This document shows, piece after piece, positions 1 through 8,825 of a stretch of 64,000 nt of DNA. The translations under genes and the position numbers were made by a program. The stretch covers positions 899,178 through 963,177 of the forward strand of contig CBDCJO010000002.1 in assembly GCA_965217865.1 (NCBI GenBank), in the 5' to 3' direction. The first letter of the stretch is position 1; every line of letters starts with the position of its first letter. This stretch comes from Candidatus Latescibacterota bacterium (lineage in GTDB: Bacteria; Latescibacterota; UBA2968; SICM01). The notes under the pieces are model-generated. The model was given only the letters and a program-made list of their open reading frames with translations. It was not told the origin of the DNA and did not search any database.

Positions 1-356
1 TAATTTGCGACGATGACGAACAACCCCAGAACCGAAATTGTGGTTGAGCCGATTAGAGTAGTGAGCACAGTGACGGAGAGTTTGAATGAGATGGGACTTA
101 ATCCGTGCAGAAGCATGATTAAGCCAACAACAATGAGCCAACCGACAATGAGCCAATATAAGCGGTTTGCGTACGTTTTACGTTGATCGCGGTCCTGAGT
201 GAGATCGTTGATTTCGGCTTCAAGTCGTTGGTTATAAAGTCGAAGCCGTTGGTTATCAAGTTCTTTTTTCTCGTCATCGAACAGACTGACGTCTTGCTGA
301 TCAGGTTCTGGAAGCTTATCAGTCCGGACGGTGCGAAGGTCTTTAAGTTCCGGCAT
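1..356 (-). CDS. hypothetical small membrane protein, 3' end outside the window; candidate toxin partner (PanT-like) of the upstream Panacea-domain gene
   Basis: My own minus-strand translation from the ATG at 356 gives MPELKDLRTVRTDKLPEPDQQDVSLFDDEKKELDNQRLRLYNQRLEAEINDLTQDRDQRKTYANRLYWLIVGWLIVVGLIMLLHGLSPISFKLSVTVLTTLIGSTTISVLGLFVIVAN... It stays open to position 1, so it has no stop in the window and is absent from the ORF track. The start overlaps the 343..852 gene by 14 nt. The N-terminus is charged and coiled-coil-like, followed by two hydrophobic helices. Confidence 0.45.
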   Translation of the reverse strand, partial: MPELKDLRTVRTDKLPEPDQQDVSLFDDEKKELDNQRLRLYNQRLEAEINDLTQDRDQRKTYANRLYWLIVGWLIVVGLIMLLHGLSPISFKLSVTVLTTLIGSTTISVLGLFVIVAN

Positions 357-852
357 TTGCCGAGATCTTCTGTGCAAAGTGTTTCTTGATGATGTTATTC
401 GGAATCACCAAGTTATAGCCATAGGGATTCTTTTTCCTTATTGTATCCCAAGGCCCCCCAGGTTCGTGTGTGAGTTGCGATAGCGACAGCCCAGGCATGT
501 GACCATAGACCTCCCACGCTCGTTCGATGAGTTCCATCGCGAAAGTATCCTCGGGAGGGACGCGCGGCGTGTTCCACTGTAACCTTCTGTGCTCACCGAC
601 ATCCATAGTTTCTAAGGGCCCCATGATGGGCCTACTCCCCCAGACTTTCACTACTTGGTAAAGATCTGGAAAAACCGGTCCCCATCTCCAAGCCTGTGCG
701 TTCTCGGCGCTCAAGGCCCCCTTATCGAATCCGAGGTGCCACCCGTGACTGAAGTACACCAGTTTCTGGATTTTCATCGCGTCTACCGTTTCGCCTGAAG
801 ACTTAGCGATATCCAGGAAACTATTAGCGACTGCTTCGGCCAAGTACGGCAT
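343..852 (-). CDS. Panacea (DUF4065) domain protein, SocA/GepA-like putative antitoxin
   Basis: 169 aa. The segment DAMKIQKLVYFSHGWHLGFDKGALSAENAQAWRWGPVFPDLY matches the conserved core of DUF4065/Panacea proteins as I remember it. The gene is translationally coupled to the downstream small ORF. Confidence 0.7.
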   Translation of the reverse strand: MPYLAEAVANSFLDIAKSSGETVDAMKIQKLVYFSHGWHLGFDKGALSAENAQAWRWGPVFPDLYQVVKVWGSRPIMGPLETMDVGEHRRLQWNTPRVPPEDTFAMELIERAWEVYGHMPGLSLSQLTHEPGGPWDTIRKKNPYGYNLVIPNNIIKKHFAQKISANAGT

Positions 853-1958
853 GATCTTCTCTCCCTTCTAACTTTGAATCAGTTCCTTATACATCAACCG
901 TTTTCCGATCATCCCCGCAACAACGGATTGCATCTGCTTCACGGTATCCACGTCCCGAATACTGCAACGTCCAGCGAATTCATTGACGTAACGCTGCAGA
1001 TGCTTGAGGCTCATTTTGTGATAGGTGCCATAATAGCCACGCTTCAGCAATGCCCAAAAGCTTTCCATACCGTTCGTGTGAGCCTTTTTTCTTACAAACT
1101 CGCCAACGCTGTGCTTCACGGATTTGTGATCAAAGCCGTACATGTTCTGATAGGCCGTTGCATCATCCGTATAGACCGTTGCGCCATCCTTCACATTGTT
1201 GTGGACAAAACCCTGAAGGGTCGCGCCGTCCGTGTGTTCAACTACTTGAGTTCTTACTTTTCGCGTCTTACGATCCTTCGCACCCGCCACGGCAACCTTG
1301 CCTACTGTGCCTCGCCCCGCGTGCAACTTCTTATTTGCATGCTTGTTCTTTTCCCTGCCACCGATATAGGTCTCATCAACCTCAACGGGACCCTCGAACT
1401 TTACCGCCATATCCGTCCCCCATGTTTCACGTAGGCGGTGGAGCATGAACCATGCGGTCTTTTGCGTCACCTTCAAATCCCGATGGAGCTTCATACTGGA
1501 AACACCTTTGAGATGTGTGACACAGATGTAAATCGCAAAGACCCACTTGCGAAGTGGCAGGCGAGATTTCTCTATGACAGTGCCAGTCTTGACGCTGAAG
1601 TAAGACCGGCAATCCGTGCACCAGTAAGGCATGGGCTTGGTATTGGGTACCTCGCGCGTCTTGACGCTTCCACAATGACCACAGCAACGATCCCCATTCC
1701 AGAGCTGCTTTTCAAACCAAATCACCGCGGCCGCTTCATCTGGAAACATGTCGGCCAATTCGAGAATCGAAATTCCCTTGCGGTGAGACTTTCCAGGCGC
1801 TTTCTGTGACATGGCAATTGTCCTTTTTGTTGTTTACTCTCTGTTCTAACAAACAATTTTAAATATAAACAATTGCCTTGCGTTTGTCAAGTTAAATATG
1901 TAATTCCCTTTAAAAGACATGTCCAATTGATGCGGGAATATCACACGGAGACTGCGTT
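853..1958 (-). mobile_element. IS1595-family insertion sequence; this is the maximal interval between neighbouring genes, and the true ends are unresolved
   Basis: The interval contains a single IS1595/ISXO2-like transposase gene. I could not identify clean terminal inverted repeats or a target-site duplication by eye. Confidence 0.45.
868..1812 (-). CDS. IS1595 family transposase (N-terminal zinc ribbon plus ISXO2-like DDE domain)
   Basis: 314 aa. Zinc-ribbon segment CCGHCGS...WCTDCRSYFSVKTGT, followed by KWVFAIY, TAWFMLHRLRE and EVDETYIGGREKNKH. These are typical of IS1595-family transposases. Confidence 0.85.
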   Translation of the reverse strand: MSQKAPGKSHRKGISILELADMFPDEAAAVIWFEKQLWNGDRCCGHCGSVKTREVPNTKPMPYWCTDCRSYFSVKTGTVIEKSRLPLRKWVFAIYICVTHLKGVSSMKLHRDLKVTQKTAWFMLHRLRETWGTDMAVKFEGPVEVDETYIGGREKNKHANKKLHAGRGTVGKVAVAGAKDRKTRKVRTQVVEHTDGATLQGFVHNNVKDGATVYTDDATAYQNMYGFDHKSVKHSVGEFVRKKAHTNGMESFWALLKRGYYGTYHKMSLKHLQRYVNEFAGRCSIRDVDTVKQMQSVVAGMIGKRLMYKELIQS

Positions 1959-2861
1959 ATGAGACAGTTTCAAGGTATTCTTACCCCTCTGATTACTTCA
2001 TTCGATGAGGACGGTAAAATATATGAAAAAGGGATCCGGAACCTTATCGAGTTTCTGGGCGAAGGGGGGATTAACGGTGTCTTTGCAGTCGGATCCTACG
2101 GCCAGTTTCCGATGATGACGGTTGAAGAGCGCATGCAGGTAGCGGAGGTCATCGTGGGGGAGGCGAAGGCGAGAGAGATGAAGGTGATCGTTCAGGTCGG
2201 GGCTCCGGGTCAGAGGGAGGCGATCACTCTTGCCAAGCACGCCGCGTCAATCGGTGCAGATGCCGTTGCGTGTGTGATTCCGTTCTATTACTCCGGGGTC
2301 GGATACAGCGAGGACATCCTTCTCGGACATTATGAGATGCTGGTAAAGTCGGTCGATGTACCGGTCCATTTTTACAACAACCCGAAAACGACGGGTTACG
2401 CGCTTACCCCCCAGATGCTGGCGTCCCTGATCGATGTGGGTGTCCGCGGCATCAAGGACAGCGGTGCGAACCTGGTTCTTTTCGGAGAGATGATGAACGT
2501 GGTCAACAGGAAGTGCCCTGAGTTCGACCTTATGCCCGGCTCCGCCGCAGTGCTGTTGGCCGGGTTGGTGCTCGGCGCCGAGGCCTGCGTTGCGGGAACC
2601 TCTGCGGCTTTTCCGGAACTTGCCGTTGCATGCTATCGTGCTATCAAGGAGGGAGATTTTTCAAAGGCAGGAGCGCTGCAGCTGAAGATTCTTGAGGCAC
2701 GATCGATCCAGGGTTCGAACGGGCTTCGCGCCGCGGCCTGTTACGATCTGCTCAAGATGCGGGGGATCGACGTCGGAACATCCCGAAAACCGTGGAGACG
2801 ATGGACTCCCGACGAGATCGCGAAAATTCGGAAACGACTCGAAGAAACCGGCCTTCCATGA
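1959..2861 (+). CDS. dihydrodipicolinate synthase / N-acetylneuraminate lyase family class I aldolase
   Basis: 300 aa. Segments TPLITSFDEDGKI, GINGVFAVGSYGQFPMMTVEER and the Schiff-base lysine context RGIKDSGAN. Confidence 0.75.
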   Translation: MRQFQGILTPLITSFDEDGKIYEKGIRNLIEFLGEGGINGVFAVGSYGQFPMMTVEERMQVAEVIVGEAKAREMKVIVQVGAPGQREAITLAKHAASIGADAVACVIPFYYSGVGYSEDILLGHYEMLVKSVDVPVHFYNNPKTTGYALTPQMLASLIDVGVRGIKDSGANLVLFGEMMNVVNRKCPEFDLMPGSAAVLLAGLVLGAEACVAGTSAAFPELAVACYRAIKEGDFSKAGALQLKILEARSIQGSNGLRAAACYDLLKMRGIDVGTSRKPWRRWTPDEIAKIRKRLEETGLP

Positions 2862-3547
2862 AATGCGCAACAGTGGGTCGCAGTATTGTCGGGTGCGTCA
2901 TTCTGGACTTCGACGGTATTATTCTGCAATCGACGAACATCAAAACTGATGTATTCAGAGAAATATTCTCGCGCTACCCCGATGTAGAAAAAGAAGCCCT
3001 GGAATTCCATCTGTCCCACAAGGGGATGTCCCGGTACGAAAAGTTCGGACACTTCGTCAATAATCTTCTTGGTCTTCGAGATTCGAAGATGGTTGACTCC
3101 CTGGCTGAAGAATTCGGCGATCTGGTTGAAGAAAGGCTCCTTTCCTGTCCGTTTGTACCCGGTTCGCAGGAATTCCTTGTCCGCTGGCACGGGAAGCTGC
3201 CTCTGTTTGTCGCCTCCACATCGCCTCCCGCGGAACTGAACCGAATTGTCAAAAACAGAAATCTTGACATGTACTTTCATCAGGTCCTTGCCGATCCGGG
3301 TCCGAAGGCCCCTCTTTTGAAGGAGATCCTCCGTCAAACGGGTATCGAATCGGCCAGGGCCGTTTTTATTGGGGATTCTCCCACAGACTTTCAAGCCGCC
3401 ATGGAGGTTGGTGTATCTTTTATCGGAGTGGGGGACTGTCCGGAATTCCGCGAGAACAGCGCCCCGAGTTTTTGTAATCTTTTCGAAGTGGACGAATATT
3501 TAGTCAGCAATTATGGTATTGCTCAATCGGCGGAGGGTGCAAGGTGA
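2858..3547 (+). CDS. HAD-superfamily hydrolase (phosphatase, subfamily IA-like)
   Basis: The ATG at 2858 overlaps the upstream TGA (ATGA). HAD motif I is VILDFDGIILQS and the C-terminal motif is VFIGDSPTDFQAA. The track ORF from 2792 is an upstream extension that overlaps the dapA-like gene. Confidence 0.7.
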   Translation: MKCATVGRSIVGCVILDFDGIILQSTNIKTDVFREIFSRYPDVEKEALEFHLSHKGMSRYEKFGHFVNNLLGLRDSKMVDSLAEEFGDLVEERLLSCPFVPGSQEFLVRWHGKLPLFVASTSPPAELNRIVKNRNLDMYFHQVLADPGPKAPLLKEILRQTGIESARAVFIGDSPTDFQAAMEVGVSFIGVGDCPEFRENSAPSFCNLFEVDEYLVSNYGIAQSAEGAR

Positions 3548-5184
3548 AAGTCGTCTCTTTCGTTGGTGGTCTAACCCATCTGTATAACCAGGGAATATTA
3601 AAAAAATGTGTTCCTGAACTGAAGGTCGTAGCCCTTCTTTTCGATCATCTTAAGTACCTTACTGAGCTGGAAGCTGTACGAGATCTAGGAATCGATATCG
3701 TTTTACACGACAGGAAGCACCTGGATGAATCGTTATGGGACCCCCGGCCGGACCTGTTATTTTTAGCCACGGCTTATCCGGAACCTTTCCGTTGCGGACT
3801 GGTAGGCCGGGCCATCCGACTCGGTATTCCCGTTGCGGCCATCGAAGAGGTCAACCAGATGGCAAATCAGAATGGAAGGAGCACACACTATTTCCTGCCC
3901 GTGGACCAACTGGGGGTGGCCTCTTCTTTCGAGGCCGAACGATTTAGAGAAATGGGTTTTCTTTCTGAGCAGATCGTTCTGACGGGCTGGCCATTTTTCT
4001 CGAATAATAAGGGTTCAGCACTTCAGCCCCGGGAAAAACTGAGAAAGGGGCTGGGTATCTTACCTGACTCCAGTGTGGCTCTTCTCATCTTGAGTCTCGT
4101 CAAGGAGAAGAACCTCCAGTGTTTCGAGACGCTGCGAATGAGGAAGGAATTGCTGAAACTTTCCGCCAGGGGAATTCCGGAGAGGATGACACTCGTCGTC
4201 AAGCCTCATCCGGCGGAGGACAGGGACTTTGTGGCGAAGACGGTTAAAAGCTATGCCCCCCGAGCAATTTTGCTTCAGAGCGAAACGCCCATTGAGGAGG
4301 CTCTGTCGATCAGCGACCTGGTCATCAGCCTGGGCAATTCCCAAGTGGTGTTCGAGGCGATGCTGCGGGGACTTCCTCTGGTCATCGTGCCTCTCGGGCT
4401 GACCACGATGTTCGACGATTCGATGCCGGAACTGATCGTTCGGTCTCCGGAAGATATGGGGTCGTTGTGCAGGCAGACTCTCAAAGACACACCGGATTAT
4501 ACCAATCTTCTTTCCCATCACGTCCCCTTCTCCCCTGAAGAATCTCTCGAGAGAACGGCCCATTTTATTCGACAGGTCATTTCGAACCCCCGGTTGATGC
4601 CGAAATGGACTAAATCCCTTGATCTGTGCCTCCAGATGCAGTTTGTGGGGATGGAGGTTGAGGCCCGGGAGGAACTGAAGGCGTTCGCTCAAGATGAATC
4701 TCTGCCGAATGAATTCAAGGTTATCCTGGAGCTTCTTGAAAGGCTTTTCGATCAGGAGGCTAAACCTTCGGATATCCGGGTTTTGATTGAGGCCTTCCAG
4801 GGTCACAAAATCCGCCAATGGCATATTCAAGCCTTGTGGATTCGCCAAATGTATTCTTCGCGGAAAGATCGTATTTTGATTCAATCAGGCCTTCCGCTGG
4901 TTCAGTCGTTCGACGGATCGGTCAATGCACATTACTTTATTCACGAACTCCTGATGCGAATGGACCTGGAATATGCCGGAGGTGATGAATCCGAAGCGGA
5001 CCGGCTGCGCGAATGGTTTGAGAGGGACTTCTACTTTTTGGATGATTTCCGCAAAAGAGATTTTCGTCTTCGGCTTTTTAAGGATGGCAGATTCGACGGC
5101 CATGTGGTTCGGTATTTGTTTTCGAAAGGGTTTGGAGTGGGACGTCGAATGGCCAGGATTGTGGGCGCAGGAGTCAGAAAATGA
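3544..5184 (+). CDS. hypothetical protein; N-terminal half possibly a GT-B/TagF-KpsS-like sugar or phosphosugar transferase fold, C-terminal helical domain unknown
   Basis: 546 aa with a GTG start that overlaps the upstream stop. The segments LVVKPHPAED and DLVISLGNSQVVFEAMLRGLPLVIV resemble the C-terminal Rossmann half of GT-B enzymes. I recognise no family for residues ~330-546. Confidence 0.35.
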   Translation: MKVVSFVGGLTHLYNQGILKKCVPELKVVALLFDHLKYLTELEAVRDLGIDIVLHDRKHLDESLWDPRPDLLFLATAYPEPFRCGLVGRAIRLGIPVAAIEEVNQMANQNGRSTHYFLPVDQLGVASSFEAERFREMGFLSEQIVLTGWPFFSNNKGSALQPREKLRKGLGILPDSSVALLILSLVKEKNLQCFETLRMRKELLKLSARGIPERMTLVVKPHPAEDRDFVAKTVKSYAPRAILLQSETPIEEALSISDLVISLGNSQVVFEAMLRGLPLVIVPLGLTTMFDDSMPELIVRSPEDMGSLCRQTLKDTPDYTNLLSHHVPFSPEESLERTAHFIRQVISNPRLMPKWTKSLDLCLQMQFVGMEVEAREELKAFAQDESLPNEFKVILELLERLFDQEAKPSDIRVLIEAFQGHKIRQWHIQALWIRQMYSSRKDRILIQSGLPLVQSFDGSVNAHYFIHELLMRMDLEYAGGDESEADRLREWFERDFYFLDDFRKRDFRLRLFKDGRFDGHVVRYLFSKGFGVGRRMARIVGAGVRK

Positions 5185-7016
5185 CTTTTTTCTTAAGGCG
5201 ACTTGAATCATTAATTTGCCATGAAAAATGGCACTGGGCATTTCCGATTGCACTTTGTGTCTTCTGGGCGATTTTCTGTTTGCCTACCGTGTTCTATAAC
5301 CTGGATGACACACGCATGATTGCTTATTTCAGCCACGATGACATATATCTGCTCGACACCATCTGGTATTTTTATAGCGGCGAATATAATCCTGAAACCA
5401 TTCAGGCCGGAAGTATAGAAGGTATGCGGGACTATGGTCTATTGTTTCGCTATATCGTCGATCTATCACGTATTTTCATCGAACCCTTTACAGAAATTAC
5501 GCCCGGCCTTCTGTGGGGAATCGTTCGATCACTATACCTCACCTGTGGTTTACTTGCCATCCTGGCATTATGGCGAATGGCCATACGGCACTTCGGCAAG
5601 GGCTGGGTGCCAGTCATCAGTGTGTTGGGCCTTGCTCTTTGTCCGTCGTTTGTCTGGCATTTGGACTTTTGCAAACCCGAACCGATCACGCTTCTTCTGA
5701 CGATTGTTGCATTCGACCACATATTGCGCATCGTCGAGCATGGCTCAGTAAGAAGTATCATAATCGCTTCAGCCTGTGCCGTTGGCGCAATTGTGGTCAA
5801 ACTTGTTGGTATTTTTATTTTGCCAATAATCATGTTGGCAATTTTTTTTCATTGGTGGCTTTCAAAGGATCGTTACAACCCAACGGTGTGGGTGGGTTTT
5901 TTCATGATTGTTGGGGGTATCATATGGGGGATCAGGATAAATTCTCTAGGCCGAATTATTGAATCTTCGCAGCGAGGTATTATCTTTTCGCAGATATTTT
6001 CCGCAATTGTATTGGTTCTTGGTTCGAGTGCAGCTTTTTTCGTTGTTTTTGGATTCCGTTGGCTCCTTGATCCTAAAGATTTTATATCAAAATTCATCGA
6101 GATTTCGAGTTACTCCCTATTTTCAAAAGCGAATCCCATCGGGGATCCGATCGGGTATGGGAAGGCCCTATTTCTCAATATTGGCGAATTCGTCTACACC
6201 ATCAGTGGGCTCAGGCTGCTTCTGTTTGGATGGTACAACAACCCTAATGTGGCTGAACCCAAAATTGCAGGTGACATCTTCACCCCTTTCGGCCTGGTGT
6301 TAATTCTCTGGTTTGTCGTCATAGAATTTAGAGGATTTGGGGGGAAGTGGAACATCGGAGATATCAAGTTTTTTAAACGATCGCATTTAGCCCTATTTTT
6401 TGTGGGTTTTGCATCCTATATGGTTTTAACATCATTCCGCAGCACACGTCACATGCACCATTTGATGTATTTGGTTCCCCCCGGTTTTTTGCTCATCGGC
6501 CAAATACCCCAGTTGATCAAAAAGAGGGGCAATTATCAAAAAGATATATTCATTCTCGTTGTCCTTCTTGTCGCGACCTTTTCCCTGAATGGGCAAACCG
6601 CCATTCGATGGCGGCTTAATAAGCTTGAACAGGGAAGGGGGTCCGATGATATTGTGTGGCAGGTCCAAAAATGGTGGCGAGACAATGTGTCTGTAGATAC
6701 GCCAATCGTCGCTGATCTTCCTTGGAAATCTTATCTGCCTCCCGAATACCAAAATGTTTCCTTCTTTAACTCCCGAGCACATAATGGGAAGGATTATTCG
6801 CGAGCACATGCATCGTTACTTGAGAAGATTGATATGAGAAAACCGGAAATGGTTTACTACAATGCCGGTTCACGGGGAATTCAACCCCCCATGAATAATC
6901 TTCCTGGATATAAAATTCAACAGATCGCCAGCTTTCAGGGAAATTATTATACAAGATATAGAAACAACGGCGATAGATTCATTGTTTATAAAATAAAACC
7001 GATTTCTGATATTTGA
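5181..7016 (+). CDS. GT-C-like polytopic membrane glycosyltransferase (ArnT/PMT-like) with a C-terminal soluble domain
   Basis: 611 aa with many hydrophobic helices. An acidic motif follows the first helix (YNLDDTRMIAYFSHDD). The gene overlaps the upstream gene by 4 nt and precedes an ArnC/Dpm1-like GT2 gene. Confidence 0.5.
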   Translation: MTFFLRRLESLICHEKWHWAFPIALCVFWAIFCLPTVFYNLDDTRMIAYFSHDDIYLLDTIWYFYSGEYNPETIQAGSIEGMRDYGLLFRYIVDLSRIFIEPFTEITPGLLWGIVRSLYLTCGLLAILALWRMAIRHFGKGWVPVISVLGLALCPSFVWHLDFCKPEPITLLLTIVAFDHILRIVEHGSVRSIIIASACAVGAIVVKLVGIFILPIIMLAIFFHWWLSKDRYNPTVWVGFFMIVGGIIWGIRINSLGRIIESSQRGIIFSQIFSAIVLVLGSSAAFFVVFGFRWLLDPKDFISKFIEISSYSLFSKANPIGDPIGYGKALFLNIGEFVYTISGLRLLLFGWYNNPNVAEPKIAGDIFTPFGLVLILWFVVIEFRGFGGKWNIGDIKFFKRSHLALFFVGFASYMVLTSFRSTRHMHHLMYLVPPGFLLIGQIPQLIKKRGNYQKDIFILVVLLVATFSLNGQTAIRWRLNKLEQGRGSDDIVWQVQKWWRDNVSVDTPIVADLPWKSYLPPEYQNVSFFNSRAHNGKDYSRAHASLLEKIDMRKPEMVYYNAGSRGIQPPMNNLPGYKIQQIASFQGNYYTRYRNNGDRFIVYKIKPISDI

Positions 7017-7046
7017 CGAATATCAATAGTCGATATATGGACCTGA

Positions 7047-7832
7047 ATGGAGATGAAAATGAATGAGGACCAACTATCTTTAACCTGTTTCTTTCCTTGT
7101 TATAACGATGCCTATACCATCGCGAGCCTCATAGGGGCCGCGGATGTGGTTGCTCGAGAATTCACTCCCGACTATGAGATCATTGTTGTTGATGATGGAA
7201 GCACAGACAGCAGCCGGGAACTTCTGATTGACCTCCAGGAAAGGTACGTCAATCTTAAATTAATTTTCCACAAAAAAAACGTTGGATATGGGGGTGCCTT
7301 ACAAACGGGCTTTCGTGCTGCGAAAAAAGATCTGGTGTTTTATACGGATGGAGATGGCCAGTACGATGTATTTGAACTTCGAAAATTCCTGAAAGTCATT
7401 CAAGATGGTGTTGATGTCATAAACGGTTATAAGATCGATCGTGCAGATCCCTTACATCGAATCATTATTGGAAAGATATATCTCTATCTTATGAGGTTGC
7501 TTTTTAATTTCAAAATTCGTGACGTCGATTGCGATTTTCGACTGATGCGGCGAAAAGTTTTTGACAAAATATCATTAGAACACACAAGTGGCGTTATCTG
7601 TATTGAATTGGTTAAAAAGCTTGAATTGAAGAAGTATCGGTTTGTGGATTTTCCAGTCCATCATTACCATCGCATGCATGGAAAATCACAGTTTTTCAAC
7701 TTTAGAAGGCTTTTCCGGACTGGCATAAATATTCTCCGGCTCTGGACGACGGTAATTCTAAAGCCCAACTTCCGTCGAATGTTCAATCTAAAGGTTGAAC
7801 ATGCTGCGATAGAAGGATTCCATGGCAATTGA
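7047..7832 (+). CDS. GT2 glycosyltransferase, polyprenyl-phosphate sugar synthase-like (ArnC/Dpm1-like)
   Basis: FFPCYNDAYTIASLI...YEIIVVDDGSTDSS and YTDGDGQYD (DXD motif). The start could also be the ATG at 7053 or 7059. Confidence 0.8.
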   Translation: MEMKMNEDQLSLTCFFPCYNDAYTIASLIGAADVVAREFTPDYEIIVVDDGSTDSSRELLIDLQERYVNLKLIFHKKNVGYGGALQTGFRAAKKDLVFYTDGDGQYDVFELRKFLKVIQDGVDVINGYKIDRADPLHRIIIGKIYLYLMRLLFNFKIRDVDCDFRLMRRKVFDKISLEHTSGVICIELVKKLELKKYRFVDFPVHHYHRMHGKSQFFNFRRLFRTGINILRLWTTVILKPNFRRMFNLKVEHAAIEGFHGN

Positions 7833-8817
7833 TTATGAAGCATATCAGGGGAAGAAGGTACTAATAACAGGTGGATTGGGATTTATAGGCAGCAATCTGG
7901 CAATTCGCTTGGTGGAGTTAGGGGCTAATCTGACTTTAGTGGACTCCATGATTCCGGATTACGGCGGGAATTTATTTAATATCCATCCTGTTCGAGATCG
8001 AGTTAACGTTAACTTTTCAGATGTCCGTGATGAACACAGCATGGATTTCCTCGTCCGCAATCAAGATTTTCTATTTAATCTGGCAGGCCAGGTTAGTCAC
8101 ATCGATAGTATGGGGGATCCATACACCGATCTTGAAATCAACGTCCGGAGTCAAATATCAATCCTTGAGGCATGCCGAAAGAATAATCCCAATATCCGCA
8201 TCGTTCTTACAAGCACGCGGCAAGTATATGGAAGGCCGGATCATTTACCCGTAAAGGAAAGTCATCCGCTTCTTCCCACTGATGTTAATGGAATTAATAA
8301 GATGGCTGGGGAATGGTATCATCTTCTTTATCATAAGGTATTTGGAATTCGATCGGTCGCTTTGCGTCTGACGAACACCTATGGACCCCGACAACTGGTG
8401 AAACACAACCGGCAGGGATTTATACCTTGGTTCATTCGTCAAGCCGTTCGGGAGGAAGAAATAAAAATCTATGGCGACGGAAATCAATTACGGGATGTGA
8501 ATTATGTTGATGATGTGGTTTCTGCATTGATCGGGGCTGGCGTTTCTCCCACAGCATACGGAGAAATATTCAACCTGGGAAGCAACCCTGTATCATTATT
8601 AGATTTGGTGAGAATGATCATTGAGGTTAATGGGAAAGGGAATTATCAATTTGTAGCCTTTCCACCAGAGAAAAAAAAGATTGATATCGGAAGTGTTTAT
8701 GCGGATTACGGAAAAATTCGGGACCAGCTTGGCTGGAACCCAGAAATTGATTTGAGGAATGGATTAGAGAGAACCATTTCATACTACAAAGAGTATGGAA
8801 ATCAGTACTGGGAGTAA
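7822..8817 (+). CDS. extended SDR, NAD-dependent sugar epimerase/dehydratase family, with an atypical active site
   Basis: KVLITGGLGFIGSNL Rossmann motif. At the position where the other SDRs in this window have YxxxK, this protein reads PTDVNGINKMAGE (Asn in place of Tyr). Confidence 0.75.
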   Translation: MAIDYEAYQGKKVLITGGLGFIGSNLAIRLVELGANLTLVDSMIPDYGGNLFNIHPVRDRVNVNFSDVRDEHSMDFLVRNQDFLFNLAGQVSHIDSMGDPYTDLEINVRSQISILEACRKNNPNIRIVLTSTRQVYGRPDHLPVKESHPLLPTDVNGINKMAGEWYHLLYHKVFGIRSVALRLTNTYGPRQLVKHNRQGFIPWFIRQAVREEEIKIYGDGNQLRDVNYVDDVVSALIGAGVSPTAYGEIFNLGSNPVSLLDLVRMIIEVNGKGNYQFVAFPPEKKKIDIGSVYADYGKIRDQLGWNPEIDLRNGLERTISYYKEYGNQYWE

Positions 8818-8825
8818 GATTAATA

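Noticed and set aside
183-389. 68-aa plus-strand ORF at the left edge
   Set aside because: It is antisense to the much better supported minus-strand ORF (1..356), which is translationally coupled to the Panacea gene. It has no ribosome-binding site and an odd composition.
874-1809. Several 120-190-aa plus-strand ORFs inside the IS1595 transposase gene
   Set aside because: They are antisense shadows of a well-supported transposase CDS, with low-complexity translations rich in Arg, Pro and His.
856-1853. Imperfect direct repeat ctctcccttctaac (about 859..872) / ctctctgttctaac (about 1840..1853) flanking the IS1595 transposase gene, considered as a target-site duplication
   Set aside because: Only 12 of 14 positions match. 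The left copy includes the transposase stop codon, so it lies inside the element. It is also longer than the 8-bp duplication expected for this family. It is probably coincidental.
4060-4884. 274-aa minus-strand ORF
   Set aside because: It lies entirely antisense within the 3544..5184 CDS of a uniformly plus-strand operon. Its translation is Arg/Gln-rich and low-complexity, and it has no start context.
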